Shown: positions 47,023-56,829 of the stretch, one piece after another
How positions within the stretch are numbered: the stretch's first letter is position 1
Layout: the number at the start of each line of letters is the position of its first letter
Assembly: GCA_016867265.1 (NCBI GenBank)
Contig: VGJW01000015.1
Span: 1,056 to 65,055 of the forward strand
Direction of reading: 5' to 3'
DNA: 64,000 bases
From: Candidatus Tanganyikabacteria bacterium
GTDB lineage: Bacteria > Cyanobacteriota > Sericytochromatia > S15B-MN24 > VGJW01
Translations under genes and position numbers: made by a program
The notes under the pieces: generated by a model
The model's database searches: none
What the model was told of the DNA's origin: nothing
Seen by the model: the letters and a program-made list of their open reading frames with translations, nothing else

Positions 47023-47577
47023 GTGACGGCCAAGACCCTTGCCTGCGGCCTGCTGGTGCTCGTCGCCCTGGCTGTCGGAGGCTCCTTGCCGGCGCAAGCC
47101 GAACCGGATAGCCTGCCCAGCGCCGCGGTTGCCGGAGTCGGGGGTGCGACGGGGTCGACGGTCACGGTCGACGCCTCGGAAGATGCCTTCGTCTGGCGGG
47201 ACTATGGCGATGAGGCCGAGACCGGCCAGCACGTCCCATGGTGGCGTGCCCTCGGTCGCTTCCTCGTACGGTTCGTCTTCGTCCTTGGGCTGCTGGCCGC
47301 CACGCTCTTCGGGCTGCGCCGCTTCATGGCCATGAGGGCCCCGCTCGGGGATGGTCGCATCCTGGTGCTGGAGCAGACACGCTTGGCGGGCACGCAGAGC
47401 CTCTGCCTCGTCCAGGCGGGCGCAAACGTCCTGCTGTTGGGCACCAACGGTGCCGGGCTGCTGGTCAAGCTGGCCGAATGGCCCGTGGATCAGGCGCCCC
47501 CCTCCGTGGCCGAGGCGATGTTCCGCCAATCCGTCAGCCAAGCGGCGCGTACCGGAGACCAGGGCCGGGATGCCTGA
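47023..47577 (+). CDS. fliO: Flagellar biosynthesis protein FliO/FliZ
   Basis: TM helix then ILVLEQTRL..SLCLVQAG..LLLG; precedes fliP. Confidence 0.82.
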   Translation: MTAKTLACGLLVLVALAVGGSLPAQAEPDSLPSAAVAGVGGATGSTVTVDASEDAFVWRDYGDEAETGQHVPWWRALGRFLVRFVFVLGLLAATLFGLRRFMAMRAPLGDGRILVLEQTRLAGTQSLCLVQAGANVLLLGTNGAGLLVKLAEWPVDQAPPSVAEAMFRQSVSQAARTGDQGRDA

Positions 47578-48331
47578 AGTCATCAAGCCGGTTGTCCGCA
47601 TGCTGCCGCTGCTGGCAGCCTGCCTTGTCGCGTGGCTGCTCGGGGATGCCCCGGCCCACGCCCAGCTGCGCGTGCCGGCCATCCCCCTGACCGAGGACCG
47701 GCAGTCCATCTCGACCTCGTTGCAACTGCTGGCGCTGCTGACCGTCTTGTCGCTCGCCCCGGCGATTCTCGTGATGATGACGGCCTTCACCCGCATCGTC
47801 ATCGTCCTTTCCTTCACCCGTCAGGCGCTGGGCACCCAGGCCATGCCCCCGAACCAGGTCATGGTCGGGCTGGCCCTGTTCCTGACGCTGTTCGTCATGA
47901 CGCCGACCCTGCAACGGATCCAGAAGGAAGCCCTGGAGCCCTACCAGTCAGGCCGCATCACGCAGGGTCAGGCACTCAAGGCCGCGGAAGGGCCCATCCG
48001 GACCTTCATGCTGCGCCAGACCCGCCAACGGGACCTCGGCCTTTTCGTCCGCATGGCCAAGATCGAGCGCCCGCGTCGCCCCTCGGACATCCCGACGTGG
48101 GTCGTGGTGCCCGCATTCGTCACCAGCGAGCTCAAGACGGCCTTCCAGATGGGCTTCACGCTCTACCTGCCCTTCCTGGTCATTGATCTCGTCGTCAGCA
48201 GCATCCTGATGTCGATGGGCATGATGATGCTGCCGCCGGTCATGGTCTCGTTGCCCTTCAAGCTGATCCTCTTCGTCCTCGTGGATGGCTGGCACCTGCT
48301 GGCCCGCGGCCTCGTACAGAGCTTCCAATGA
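47570..48331 (+). CDS. fliP: Flagellar export protein FliP
   Basis: MTAFTRIVIV, PPNQV, PAFVTSELKTAF, LPFKLILFVLVDGW. Confidence 0.97.
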   Translation: MPEVIKPVVRMLPLLAACLVAWLLGDAPAHAQLRVPAIPLTEDRQSISTSLQLLALLTVLSLAPAILVMMTAFTRIVIVLSFTRQALGTQAMPPNQVMVGLALFLTLFVMTPTLQRIQKEALEPYQSGRITQGQALKAAEGPIRTFMLRQTRQRDLGLFVRMAKIERPRRPSDIPTWVVVPAFVTSELKTAFQMGFTLYLPFLVIDLVVSSILMSMGMMMLPPVMVSLPFKLILFVLVDGWHLLARGLVQSFQ

Positions 48332-48597
48332 CCCGCGAGGCCTTTCTCGAGCTGACGCAGCACGCGCTCTTGACGGCTGTCATGCTCGGCGGCCCCCCGC
48401 TCTTGGTCTCGCTCGTCGTCGGTCTTGTCATCAGCCTGATCCAGGCCGTGACCCAGCTCAATGAATCGACGCTGACCTTCATCCCCAAGGTTGCCGCCAT
48501 CCTGGCCATCCTGGTCCTGCTGGGCCCGTGGATGCTCGAGTCGATGCTCGACTTCGCCCGTTCGATTCTGGTGGCCCTGCCGCGCATGGCGAAGTAG
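48328..48597 (+). CDS. fliQ: Flagellar export protein FliQ
   Basis: QAVTQLNESTLTFIPK, GPWM. Confidence 0.96.
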   Translation: MTREAFLELTQHALLTAVMLGGPPLLVSLVVGLVISLIQAVTQLNESTLTFIPKVAAILAILVLLGPWMLESMLDFARSILVALPRMAK

Positions 48598-48605
48598 GCA
48601 CTTCC

Positions 48606-49391
48606 TTGGAGCTGACGGGCCTGATGCAGCTCCCCGGTCAGGGGATTCTGGTCTTCGGCCTGCTGATGACGCGCTTCGGTGCCTTGGCCTTGACGGCACC
48701 CATCCTGTCGGCCCCGCAGGTGCCCATCCGGGTCCGCGTCGGCCTGGGTGCCCTGATGGCCCTGATCCTGGTCCCCCTCGAGCTGGCCCGTCCGGGTCTG
48801 GACCTGCCCGGTGGCCCCGGTGGCCTCGCGACGGCCCTTGCCGGTGAAGCCTTCATCGGCCTTGTCCTGGGCGTTCTGGGGATGTTCATCCTCTACGGCG
48901 TCCAGTTCGCAGGCTATCTGATCGGCCTGCAGATGGGCTTCGGGATGGATCAGGTCTACGATCCGATGTCCAACCAGCAGCTGCCTTCCCTGGCCCTTTT
49001 CCTGGGCTCGCTCGCGTTGCTCGTGCTGCTCCTGACAGACGGACACCTCGCCATTCTCGAGGCCCTGAGCGGCACGCTCGACCAGATACCGCTCGGCCAC
49101 AACCCGTTCACGCCGGCCTTGCTGGACCGGGTCCTGAGTGCGCTTGACGCGCTCTTCACCATCGCCTTCGCCCTGCTCTTCCCCATCCTGGGCGTCCTGC
49201 TCGTCGCCGAGATCGGCTTGGCCGTCATGAACCGCATGATGCCGGCACTGAATGTCTTCTCTGCTGGTTTCGCGCTCAAGATCGCCATCGGCATGGGCAT
49301 CCTGCTGACAGGCCTGCCGTCGATCACGCACTTTCTGGAAAGCGTGATCGCACGCTGGCTGCCCCGGCTCTCGGGGTTTTTCGGATCCTGA
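48606..49391 (+). CDS. fliR: Flagellar export protein FliR
   Basis: AGYLIGLQMGF..DP, DGHL, RMMPALNVF; start TTG 48606 or ATG 48624. Confidence 0.94.
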   Translation: MELTGLMQLPGQGILVFGLLMTRFGALALTAPILSAPQVPIRVRVGLGALMALILVPLELARPGLDLPGGPGGLATALAGEAFIGLVLGVLGMFILYGVQFAGYLIGLQMGFGMDQVYDPMSNQQLPSLALFLGSLALLVLLLTDGHLAILEALSGTLDQIPLGHNPFTPALLDRVLSALDALFTIAFALLFPILGVLLVAEIGLAVMNRMMPALNVFSAGFALKIAIGMGILLTGLPSITHFLESVIARWLPRLSGFFGS

Positions 49392-49394
49392 CGG

Positions 49395-50444
49395 ATGGCC
49401 GAACCCGAGAAGACCGAGGAGGCGACCCCCAAGCGTCGGCAGGACGCCCGCAACAAGGGTCAGGTCCTGCGCAGCAACGACGTGGGCATCGCCGCCACGC
49501 TCGCCGTGGCCCTTGTCCTGTTTCGCCTGAACTGGGCCTCGGCCTCCGAGGCCCTGGGCCAGATGATGGAACGACGGCTCGGTCAGCTCAAGGGACCGGA
49601 CATGACAGCGGAATACCTGGGCACGCTTCTGCTCGAGGACGGCGGCACGCTGCTGGCCGTGGCGGCACCTTTCGCGCTTGGCCTGTTGGTGACGGGCCTC
49701 ATCGTGCAGCGGGCCATGGTGGGCCAGTTGCTGACGACGGAGCCGCTGCGTCCCGATCTCAAGCGCATCGATCCAATTTCCGGCCTGAAGCGCCTGTTTT
49801 CGGGCCGGGCGGTGATGGAGCTGGTCAAGAACCTTGCCAAGATGGCCGTACTCGGAACCGTGGCGTGGCAAGTCGTCCGGCAATATGGCCCTGGGCTGGT
49901 CGTGGCACTGGGCTCGGATCCGCGCATCTTCGCACCCCGCATCGGCGAGGCGCTCTGGACGCTCGGCATTCGCATCGTCATGGTCCTCGCGGCCTTTGCC
50001 GCCTTCGACTGGTGGTGGCAGAAGCGGACTTACGAAAAGTCGCTCAAGATGTCCAAGCAGGAGGTCAAGGACGAAAACCGCAACAGCGAGGGTGACCCGC
50101 TGGTCAAGGGCGAGATCCGCAAGCGCATGCGGCAGGCGGCCCGGCGCCGGATGATGCAGCAGGTACCGCTCGCCAGCGTGGTCGTGACCAACCCGACGCA
50201 CTTCGCTGTGGCCCTGCGCTACCACCCGGTCGACATGCCCGTGCCCATTGTCGTCGCCAAGGGCACGGACGAGATTGCCCGCCGCATCAAGGAATTGGCC
50301 CGTCTCCACGGTGTCCCCGTCGTCGAGAACCCCCCTCTGGCCCGGCAGATGGTCCGGCAAGTCGACCTCGGGGAGAGCATCCCTGCCGAACTCTATCAGG
50401 TGGTGGCCGAGATTCTGGTCTCGGTCCAGCGCGCCGGGGTATAG
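49395..50444 (+). CDS. flhB: Flagellar export protein FlhB
   Basis: EKTEEATPKR, KMSKQEVKDE, EGDP, TNPTH. Confidence 0.97.
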   Translation: MAEPEKTEEATPKRRQDARNKGQVLRSNDVGIAATLAVALVLFRLNWASASEALGQMMERRLGQLKGPDMTAEYLGTLLLEDGGTLLAVAAPFALGLLVTGLIVQRAMVGQLLTTEPLRPDLKRIDPISGLKRLFSGRAVMELVKNLAKMAVLGTVAWQVVRQYGPGLVVALGSDPRIFAPRIGEALWTLGIRIVMVLAAFAAFDWWWQKRTYEKSLKMSKQEVKDENRNSEGDPLVKGEIRKRMRQAARRRMMQQVPLASVVVTNPTHFAVALRYHPVDMPVPIVVAKGTDEIARRIKELARLHGVPVVENPPLARQMVRQVDLGESIPAELYQVVAEILVSVQRAGV

Positions 50445-50453
50445 AGCGTTTCC

Positions 50454-52559
50454 ATGGCCAGCCAGTCGACCGCCCCCGCCGGAAGCGCTGCTCCGGGCGG
50501 CCTTGCGGCCTTGGCGCGAAACTCGGACATCGTGCTGGCCGTCATCATGGTGTCCGTCGTCATCATGATGATCCTGCCGATACCGGCGGCCATCCTCGAT
50601 TTCCTGCTGGTCGTCAATATCACGGCCAGCCTGCTGATGTTGCTGCTGGCGCTCTACGTGATCGAGCCCGTCTCGCTCAACACGTTTCCGACGCTGTTGT
50701 TGCTGCTGACCTTGTTCCGGCTGGCACTCAACGTCTCGACCACCCGGGTGATCCTGCTCGATGCCGACCACGTGCCCAAGGTCGTCGAGGCTTTCGGCAA
50801 GTTCGTCATCGGCGGCAACTATGTCGTCGGTCTGGTCGTGTTCCTGATCCTCGTCATCATCCAGTTCGTCGTCATCACCAACGGCGCAGGCCGCATCTCG
50901 GAAGTCTCCGCGCGCTTCACGCTGGATGCCATGCCCGGCAAGCAGATGGCCATCGACGCCGACCTCAACAGTGGCCTCATCCAGGAACAGGAGGCCAAGG
51001 AGCGCCGGCAGGCCATCCAGCGCGAGGCCGACTTCTACGGCACGATGGACGGTGCCAGCAAATTCGTCCGTGGTGACGCCGTCGCAGGTCTCATCATCAC
51101 GGCCATCAACCTGGTCGGGGGCATCGTCATCGGTGTCCTGCAGCAGGGACGACCGCTCGTCGATGCGGCCGGAAGGTATACCGTCCTGTCCATTGGTGAT
51201 GGCCTGATCAGTCAGATTCCCGCCCTGCTGATCTCGACCGGTACCGGCATCCTGGTGTCGCGGGCCGCCAGCACCACCAGCCTCGGCGAGACCATCGCGG
51301 GCCAAATCACGGCCAGCCCGCGACCGCTGCTGATCGCGGCCGGCATGCTCGGGTTCCTCGCCGTCGTGCCGGGCTTGCCCGGGCTGCCCTTCCTGCTCGT
51401 GGCCGGCATCGTCGGCGGAATCGGCTATACGATGGTGCGCCAGGACCAGGCAGGCAAGGCTGCCGCTGCCGCCATCGAGATGACGGACGAGGCCGGCATC
51501 GAGGCCCCCAAGGGACCCGAGAACGTCATGAGCCTGCTCAAGGTTGACGCCATGGAGCTCGAGGTCGGCTACCGGCTGATCCCCCTCGTGGATACGAGCC
51601 AGGGTGGGGACCTTCTTGAGCGCATCACGATGATTCGCCGGCAGATGGCCCTCAAGATGGGGCTGGTGGTCCCCCCCATCCGGGTCCGTGACAACCTGCA
51701 GCTCAAGCCCAAGGAATACCGCATCAACATGCGGGGTATCGACATCGCGCGAGGCGAGGTGCAGATCGACCACTTCCTCGCGATGGACTCAGGCCTCGCC
51801 GTTGAGCCCGTGGACGGCATCGCGACGGTGGAACCGGTCTTCGGGCTGCCCGCGACGTGGATCACGGAAGACCGCAAGGAACAGGCCGAAATGGCCGGCT
51901 ATACGATCTTCGACGTGGCCTCGGTGATCGCGACGCACCTCATGGAAGTGCTCAAGGCCCATGCGCCCGAGATCCTGACCCGCGCCGACACCCAGGCCCT
52001 TCTGGACAACCTCAAGCAGGAACAGGAAGCCCTCGTCAATGCCGTCGTGCCCGAGTTGTTGCAAGTCTCGGATGTCCAGCACGTCCTTCAGAACCTGCTG
52101 CGGGATCGTGTCAGCATCCGGGACCTGATTCCGGTCATGGAGAGCCTGGAGACGCATGCTCGCCTGACCAAGGACATCGACACGCTGACGGAATATGCCC
52201 GGCTTGCCCTTGCGCGCTCCATCTGCAAGGCCAGCCTGGGCCCCGATGGTGCCCTGTCCGTCCTGACGCTGGACCCCGACCTCGAGAATCACATGGCGCA
52301 AAATATCCAGCAGACGGATCAGGGCGCTTTCGTCAGCCTCGAACCCGGCCTTGCCGGCATCATCCGCCGCAACACCCGCACCCTGGTCGAGCAGCAATTG
52401 GCCTCGGGCATCTCGCCCGTCGTCCTCTGCTCCAGCAAGGTCCGCCTCGTCTTCCGCCGCCTGATGGAGCGGGACCTGCCCCAGATTCCGGTCATGGCCT
52501 ACAACGAGGTCGTCCCGACCAGCACCGAGGTCCGCGCACTCGGGGTCATCCAGACATGA
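50454..52559 (+). CDS. flhA: Flagellar export protein FlhA
   Basis: EVSARFTLDAMPGKQMAIDADL, FYGTMDGASKFVRGD. Confidence 0.97.
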   Translation: MASQSTAPAGSAAPGGLAALARNSDIVLAVIMVSVVIMMILPIPAAILDFLLVVNITASLLMLLLALYVIEPVSLNTFPTLLLLLTLFRLALNVSTTRVILLDADHVPKVVEAFGKFVIGGNYVVGLVVFLILVIIQFVVITNGAGRISEVSARFTLDAMPGKQMAIDADLNSGLIQEQEAKERRQAIQREADFYGTMDGASKFVRGDAVAGLIITAINLVGGIVIGVLQQGRPLVDAAGRYTVLSIGDGLISQIPALLISTGTGILVSRAASTTSLGETIAGQITASPRPLLIAAGMLGFLAVVPGLPGLPFLLVAGIVGGIGYTMVRQDQAGKAAAAAIEMTDEAGIEAPKGPENVMSLLKVDAMELEVGYRLIPLVDTSQGGDLLERITMIRRQMALKMGLVVPPIRVRDNLQLKPKEYRINMRGIDIARGEVQIDHFLAMDSGLAVEPVDGIATVEPVFGLPATWITEDRKEQAEMAGYTIFDVASVIATHLMEVLKAHAPEILTRADTQALLDNLKQEQEALVNAVVPELLQVSDVQHVLQNLLRDRVSIRDLIPVMESLETHARLTKDIDTLTEYARLALARSICKASLGPDGALSVLTLDPDLENHMAQNIQQTDQGAFVSLEPGLAGIIRRNTRTLVEQQLASGISPVVLCSSKVRLVFRRLMERDLPQIPVMAYNEVVPTSTEVRALGVIQT

Positions 52560-53332
52560 CGACCGACCTCGCCGCATTGAAACAGGCCGTGGCCAGCGTC
52601 TTGCCGTTTCCAATTGACCGGTATCGGGATGATGCGGTTGACCGCCGGCTGGCCTCGTGGCTCTCGGGACGCCCCGAGCAGACCCGTGAGGCCCTTCTGG
52701 AAAGATTGCAGCGGGACATTGACCTGCAGGACGACCTGATTGCCGGGCTGACGATCCACGTGACGGGCTGGCTGCGGGATCCCGAGGGCTTCTCGGCACT
52801 CAGGGACCGGATCCTGCCTGAGCTCGCGACACGCTTCGGGACGGTCCGCATCTGGAGCGCCGGTTGTTCGGACGGGGCCGAGATCCTCTCGGTGGCCGCG
52901 ATGGCCGAGGCCGCCGGCCTGCTGGATCGCTGCGTCCTGACGGCGTCGGACATCAGCCGGCCGACACTCGCCCGCGCAGGCCGCGGCGTCTTCCGGCCCG
53001 AGGCCCAGCAGGGCTTGCCGGAATCCTGGCGGGACAGCAAGGGCACCGTCGCGGCCGACGGTACCTGGACGGCGCCTGCGACATGGCTCGGGGGGATTCG
53101 GTTCGTGGCTCACGATCTGCTTGGCGAACTGCCCCTGCAGGGCCAGCACCTGATCCTGTGCCGCAACGTCACCATCCACATGGTCGACGAAGCCCGGGAC
53201 GAGGTCTGGCGCAAGCTGGGGAGGGCGCTGCCTTCAGGGGGTATGCTGTTCGTAGGTTCGGCGGAACATCTTCCCGCCGGCGGGGAGCACGGCTGCCGCC
53301 CCTTGCGGCCGTTCTTCTACGAGAAGGCCTGA
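52556..53332 (+). CDS. cheR: Chemotaxis methyltransferase CheR
   Basis: IWSAGCSDGAE, ASDIS, HDLL, ILCRNV, LFVGSAE. Confidence 0.88.
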   Translation: MTTDLAALKQAVASVLPFPIDRYRDDAVDRRLASWLSGRPEQTREALLERLQRDIDLQDDLIAGLTIHVTGWLRDPEGFSALRDRILPELATRFGTVRIWSAGCSDGAEILSVAAMAEAAGLLDRCVLTASDISRPTLARAGRGVFRPEAQQGLPESWRDSKGTVAADGTWTAPATWLGGIRFVAHDLLGELPLQGQHLILCRNVTIHMVDEARDEVWRKLGRALPSGGMLFVGSAEHLPAGGEHGCRPLRPFFYEKA

Positions 53333-53335
53333 CGC

Positions 53336-55387
53336 GTGGACAACGACCAGTACCTGAGCATCTTCCTCGACGAGGCACGGGAGATGCTGCAGCTGCTCAA
53401 CGATCGGCTGCTGCAGCTCGAGGCGAAACCGGACGACCGCAAGTCCGTCGACGAGATCTTCCGGGCAGCCCACACGCTCAAGGGCATGTCGGCCACGATG
53501 GGCTATGCCGCCCTCGCCGACCTCACGCACAAGATGGAGAACCTGCTCGACGCCATCCGCGTGGGCAAGCGCCAGGCCGACAGGACAGTCGTCGATGCCT
53601 TGTTCGCCTGCCTCGACACCATCTCGGGGATGCTCGACGCCATCATCGAGGAACGCTCGGGCCCCGACCACAGGGCACTGGCCCAGCGCCTGACGGCCAT
53701 CCTCGAGCACGCGACGCCCGCTCCGCCCCCCGTGGCCGTGCAGGCCATCGTGCCGGCCGCGGCCGCCTCATCCGGCTGGCCCAGTGTCGCCGACTACGTC
53801 ATGACGGTCATCTTGGAGGGCGAATCCCAAGGGTTCCAGGCGCACTGGATCGAGGTCACGCTCGCCGCCGACTGCATGCTCAAGGGTGTCCGCTCCTACA
53901 TGGTGATGTCGGCGCTCGAGGGGCAAGGCGAGCTGCTCCAGGCGAGCCCCGAGGTATCCGAGCTCGAAGAGGAGCGCTTCGACCGCAGCTTCTCGCTCCT
54001 TGTCCTGTCCAAGGAATCCGTCCAGGACCTGGAAGCCCGCATCCGCGACGTCTCCGAGGTCACCTCGGTCCGGCACGCGCCGTTGTCCGGGCAGCGCACG
54101 GCCGCGGCGCCACCGCCCACGGTCTCGTCGCCACCGGAACTGCCGCCCCCGGCCGCGGCCCAGCCGGTATCCCCGGCACCGCCTGCTCCTGCCTCACCGG
54201 CCAAGGGCGGTCAAGACCAGAGGGGGGACGAGGGCAAGGCCAAGGTCGCCCAGACCGTGCGCGTCGCCACGGAGCGCCTCGATGCCCTGGTCAATCTGGT
54301 CGGGGAACTCGTCATCGATCGAACGCGGCTGCAGGAAATCGTCCATCGCTACGAATCCGACGATGTGAAGGAAGTCATCCGCCACGTCGGCTCCGTGATC
54401 TCGGATATCCACGGCGTGATCATGAAGCTGCGCATGATGCCGGTCGAGCGGGTTTTCAGCCGATTCCCCCGCATGGTGCGCGACCTCGCGCGCGAGCTCA
54501 ACAAAGAGGTCCAGCTGGTCGTCGAGGGTCAGGAAACGGAACTGGACCGCCTGATGATCGACGAAATCGCAGACCCGCTGCTGCATCTGCTGCGCAACGC
54601 CGTCGATCACGGTCTCGAGCCCGGTGACGACCGCGAACTGATGGGCAAGCCCCGTGTGGGCACCATCCGCCTGGCAGCCAGACACGAAGGCAGCCACGTC
54701 ATCATCGAGGTGCAGGACGATGGCAAGGGTCTGGACCCCGAACGCATCCGTCGCAAGGCCGTCGAGAAGGGACTGATCGGCCAGGAAGAGGCGCAGCGGC
54801 TGAACGACAAGCAATGCCTGGACCTGCTCTTCCTGCCCGGCTTCTCGACCCGTGACGAGGTCACGGACATCTCGGGCCGGGGCGTCGGCATGGATGCGGT
54901 GAAGGCCAAGACCCTGGCGCTCGGGGGCGTGCTCGACATGACGAGCCAGGTCGGACGCGGCACCCACGTGACGGTCATCCTACCGCTGACGCTGGCCATC
55001 ATCCAGTGTATGCTGACGGAGGTGGGCGAAGAAATCTACGCCATCCCCATCAGCTTCATCGAGGATGCGCACGACCTCGTGGACATGTCGCTGCAGTCTG
55101 TCCAGGACGAGGAGATGGCGATGCTGCGCGGCCAAAGCCTGCCCCTTCGGCGGCTGCGCGAGGCCCTCGACGTCCCCGGCGGCATTGCAGGCCAGGAGGC
55201 ATCGGTCGTGATCGTCCGGGTCGGTTCTCGCCGCACGGGCTTCCTCGTGGACCGCCTGCTGGGTCAGCAGGAAGTCGTCATCAAGCCCATCAGCCGGCTT
55301 GCAGGCGGCATCGGCCAAGTCAGTGGCGCCTCGATCCTAGGCGACGGACGCATCGCGCTCATCCTCGATGCGTCGGCGGTGGCCTGA
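53336..55387 (+). CDS. cheA: Chemotaxis histidine kinase CheA
   Basis: IFRAAHTLKG (HPt), P2, LLRNAVDHG, SGRGVGMD, CheW domain. Confidence 0.97.
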   Translation: MDNDQYLSIFLDEAREMLQLLNDRLLQLEAKPDDRKSVDEIFRAAHTLKGMSATMGYAALADLTHKMENLLDAIRVGKRQADRTVVDALFACLDTISGMLDAIIEERSGPDHRALAQRLTAILEHATPAPPPVAVQAIVPAAAASSGWPSVADYVMTVILEGESQGFQAHWIEVTLAADCMLKGVRSYMVMSALEGQGELLQASPEVSELEEERFDRSFSLLVLSKESVQDLEARIRDVSEVTSVRHAPLSGQRTAAAPPPTVSSPPELPPPAAAQPVSPAPPAPASPAKGGQDQRGDEGKAKVAQTVRVATERLDALVNLVGELVIDRTRLQEIVHRYESDDVKEVIRHVGSVISDIHGVIMKLRMMPVERVFSRFPRMVRDLARELNKEVQLVVEGQETELDRLMIDEIADPLLHLLRNAVDHGLEPGDDRELMGKPRVGTIRLAARHEGSHVIIEVQDDGKGLDPERIRRKAVEKGLIGQEEAQRLNDKQCLDLLFLPGFSTRDEVTDISGRGVGMDAVKAKTLALGGVLDMTSQVGRGTHVTVILPLTLAIIQCMLTEVGEEIYAIPISFIEDAHDLVDMSLQSVQDEEMAMLRGQSLPLRRLREALDVPGGIAGQEASVVIVRVGSRRTGFLVDRLLGQQEVVIKPISRLAGGIGQVSGASILGDGRIALILDASAVA

Positions 55388-55398
55388 GGCACGCGTCC

Positions 55399-56022
55399 AT
55401 GACGGAACCCCGGCGACTGACAGAGCTGCAACTCGACGCCCTGCGCGAGATGGGCAACATCGGCTCCGGGCATGCCGCGGCCTCGCTGTCCACCTTGCTC
55501 GGTCACCCGGTCCGGATGGACGTGCCCGCGGCCAACTTGAGCGACCTCGGGCAGATCGGGGCCCTGCTCGGCGGGCGAGAGGCCATGGTCTGGGCCGTCT
55601 ATCTCACGGTCTCCGGCGATCTCGAGGGCCACATGGCCCTCTTGATCCGCGAAGCCGAGGCCCGACGCCTCGTCGGCGTCCTGCTGCCGAACCGGGGCGC
55701 GGCCAGCGCCATGGACGAGCTTGCCGAATCGACGCTGGCGGAGATCGGCAACATCCTGACTTCGGCCTATGTCGGGGCGTTGACCCAATTGACGGGTTTC
55801 GACTTGCGACCCAGCCCGCCGTTGCTGGCCCACGATCAAGCAGGAGCCGTCCTGGACTCGCTGGCCGCGGAGATTCACTTGGCCGGCCAGACGATCGTGA
55901 CGCTCGAGGGGCGCCTCGAGGTGCCCGCCATACCGGGCTGCGGCGTGCTGCTGGTGTTCCTGCCGCCCCCCGCCATCCTCCCGAGGATGTTCGAGGCCTT
56001 GGGACTGGATGCGCTGCGGTGA
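55399..56022 (+). CDS. cheC: Chemotaxis phosphatase CheC
   Basis: DALREMGNIGSGHAA and AEIGNIL, PSPP. Confidence 0.93.
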   Translation: MTEPRRLTELQLDALREMGNIGSGHAAASLSTLLGHPVRMDVPAANLSDLGQIGALLGGREAMVWAVYLTVSGDLEGHMALLIREAEARRLVGVLLPNRGAASAMDELAESTLAEIGNILTSAYVGALTQLTGFDLRPSPPLLAHDQAGAVLDSLAAEIHLAGQTIVTLEGRLEVPAIPGCGVLLVFLPPPAILPRMFEALGLDALR

Positions 56023-56528
56023 GGGACGTGCCCATGGCCACGTGGATGACCTCGGATGCCGTTGCGGAGACCTTGCGCATCGTCGGTCTGGGCAGCTGCG
56101 TGGCCGTGGTCCTCAGGGCCGTCCGGAAGCCGCTCGTCGGTGTGGGCCACTTTATGCTGCCTGCGCGGTCCCAGGGCGTTCCCGAGGATGACAGGGACAA
56201 ATTCGTGGACTCGGGCATCGTGGCGATGGCCGAGGCGCTGGGTGCAAGGGGCGTGCCTCCGGCCGCCCTCGAGGCCCTCGTGGCGGGTGGGGCAAGGATG
56301 TTCCGGGGCTTCGGCGGGGGTCCGGCCATCGGTATCCGCAACGTGGCGGCTGCGCGGGAAACCCTGGACTTACTCGGCATCGCCGTCGTGGCTGGGGATG
56401 TGGGCGGCGTCAGCAGCCGCAACCTCCTCGTGGCCCATTGCGGCCAGGCCGTTTCCGTAGCCTACCCTGGCCAGACCGGACACCCCGTGGTCGCGTGGCG
56501 AGACGCGGCGGAGACCACGAGCCCATGA
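56019..56528 (+). CDS. cheD: Chemoreceptor glutamine deamidase CheD
   Basis: GLGSCVAV, HFMLP, KFVD, AGGARMF, IGIRN, DVGG. Confidence 0.92.
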   Translation: MRDVPMATWMTSDAVAETLRIVGLGSCVAVVLRAVRKPLVGVGHFMLPARSQGVPEDDRDKFVDSGIVAMAEALGARGVPPAALEALVAGGARMFRGFGGGPAIGIRNVAAARETLDLLGIAVVAGDVGGVSSRNLLVAHCGQAVSVAYPGQTGHPVVAWRDAAETTSP

Positions 56529-56761
56529 TGCATCGGGACTGGACGCTAGTTCTGGGAGCAGGGGCCTTGGTGGTGGTCGGGGGACTCACGCTCATCGGGG
56601 GCGCCACGCTCGGCACCGCAGCCTACCGAGGTCTGCTGGCCTCGCTGATGGGAGGTCTGCTGGGCTTCGCGCTCGACGTGGTTCTGGCCCAGGTTCCGCC
56701 CCCGGAACTGCTGGACCAGAAGGGCGCCAAGGGTCCCGAGTCCGGGACGCAGGGCGAGTGA
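56525..56761 (+). CDS. Small two-TM hypothetical membrane protein
   Basis: ATGA overlap with cheD; two hydrophobic helices. Confidence 0.65.
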   Translation: MMHRDWTLVLGAGALVVVGGLTLIGGATLGTAAYRGLLASLMGGLLGFALDVVLAQVPPPELLDQKGAKGPESGTQGE

Positions 56762-56767
56762 ATGCGG

Positions 56768-56797
56768 TTGCCCCGTGACGCGTGACCGGGCTATGAT
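56768..56797 (+). promoter_or_regulatory. Possible internal sigma70-like promoter for fliA
   Basis: TTGCCC-N18-TATGAT. Confidence 0.4.
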
Positions 56798-56829
56798 GGA
56801 GCGTATCAAGACATCGCAAGTGAGGTGGG

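Noticed and set aside
48258..51773. 1171-aa minus-strand ORF and other long antisense ORFs (for example 38224-40179, 60668-62527)
   Set aside because: Shadows of well-supported genes on the opposite strand, expected from high GC3; no recognisable motifs
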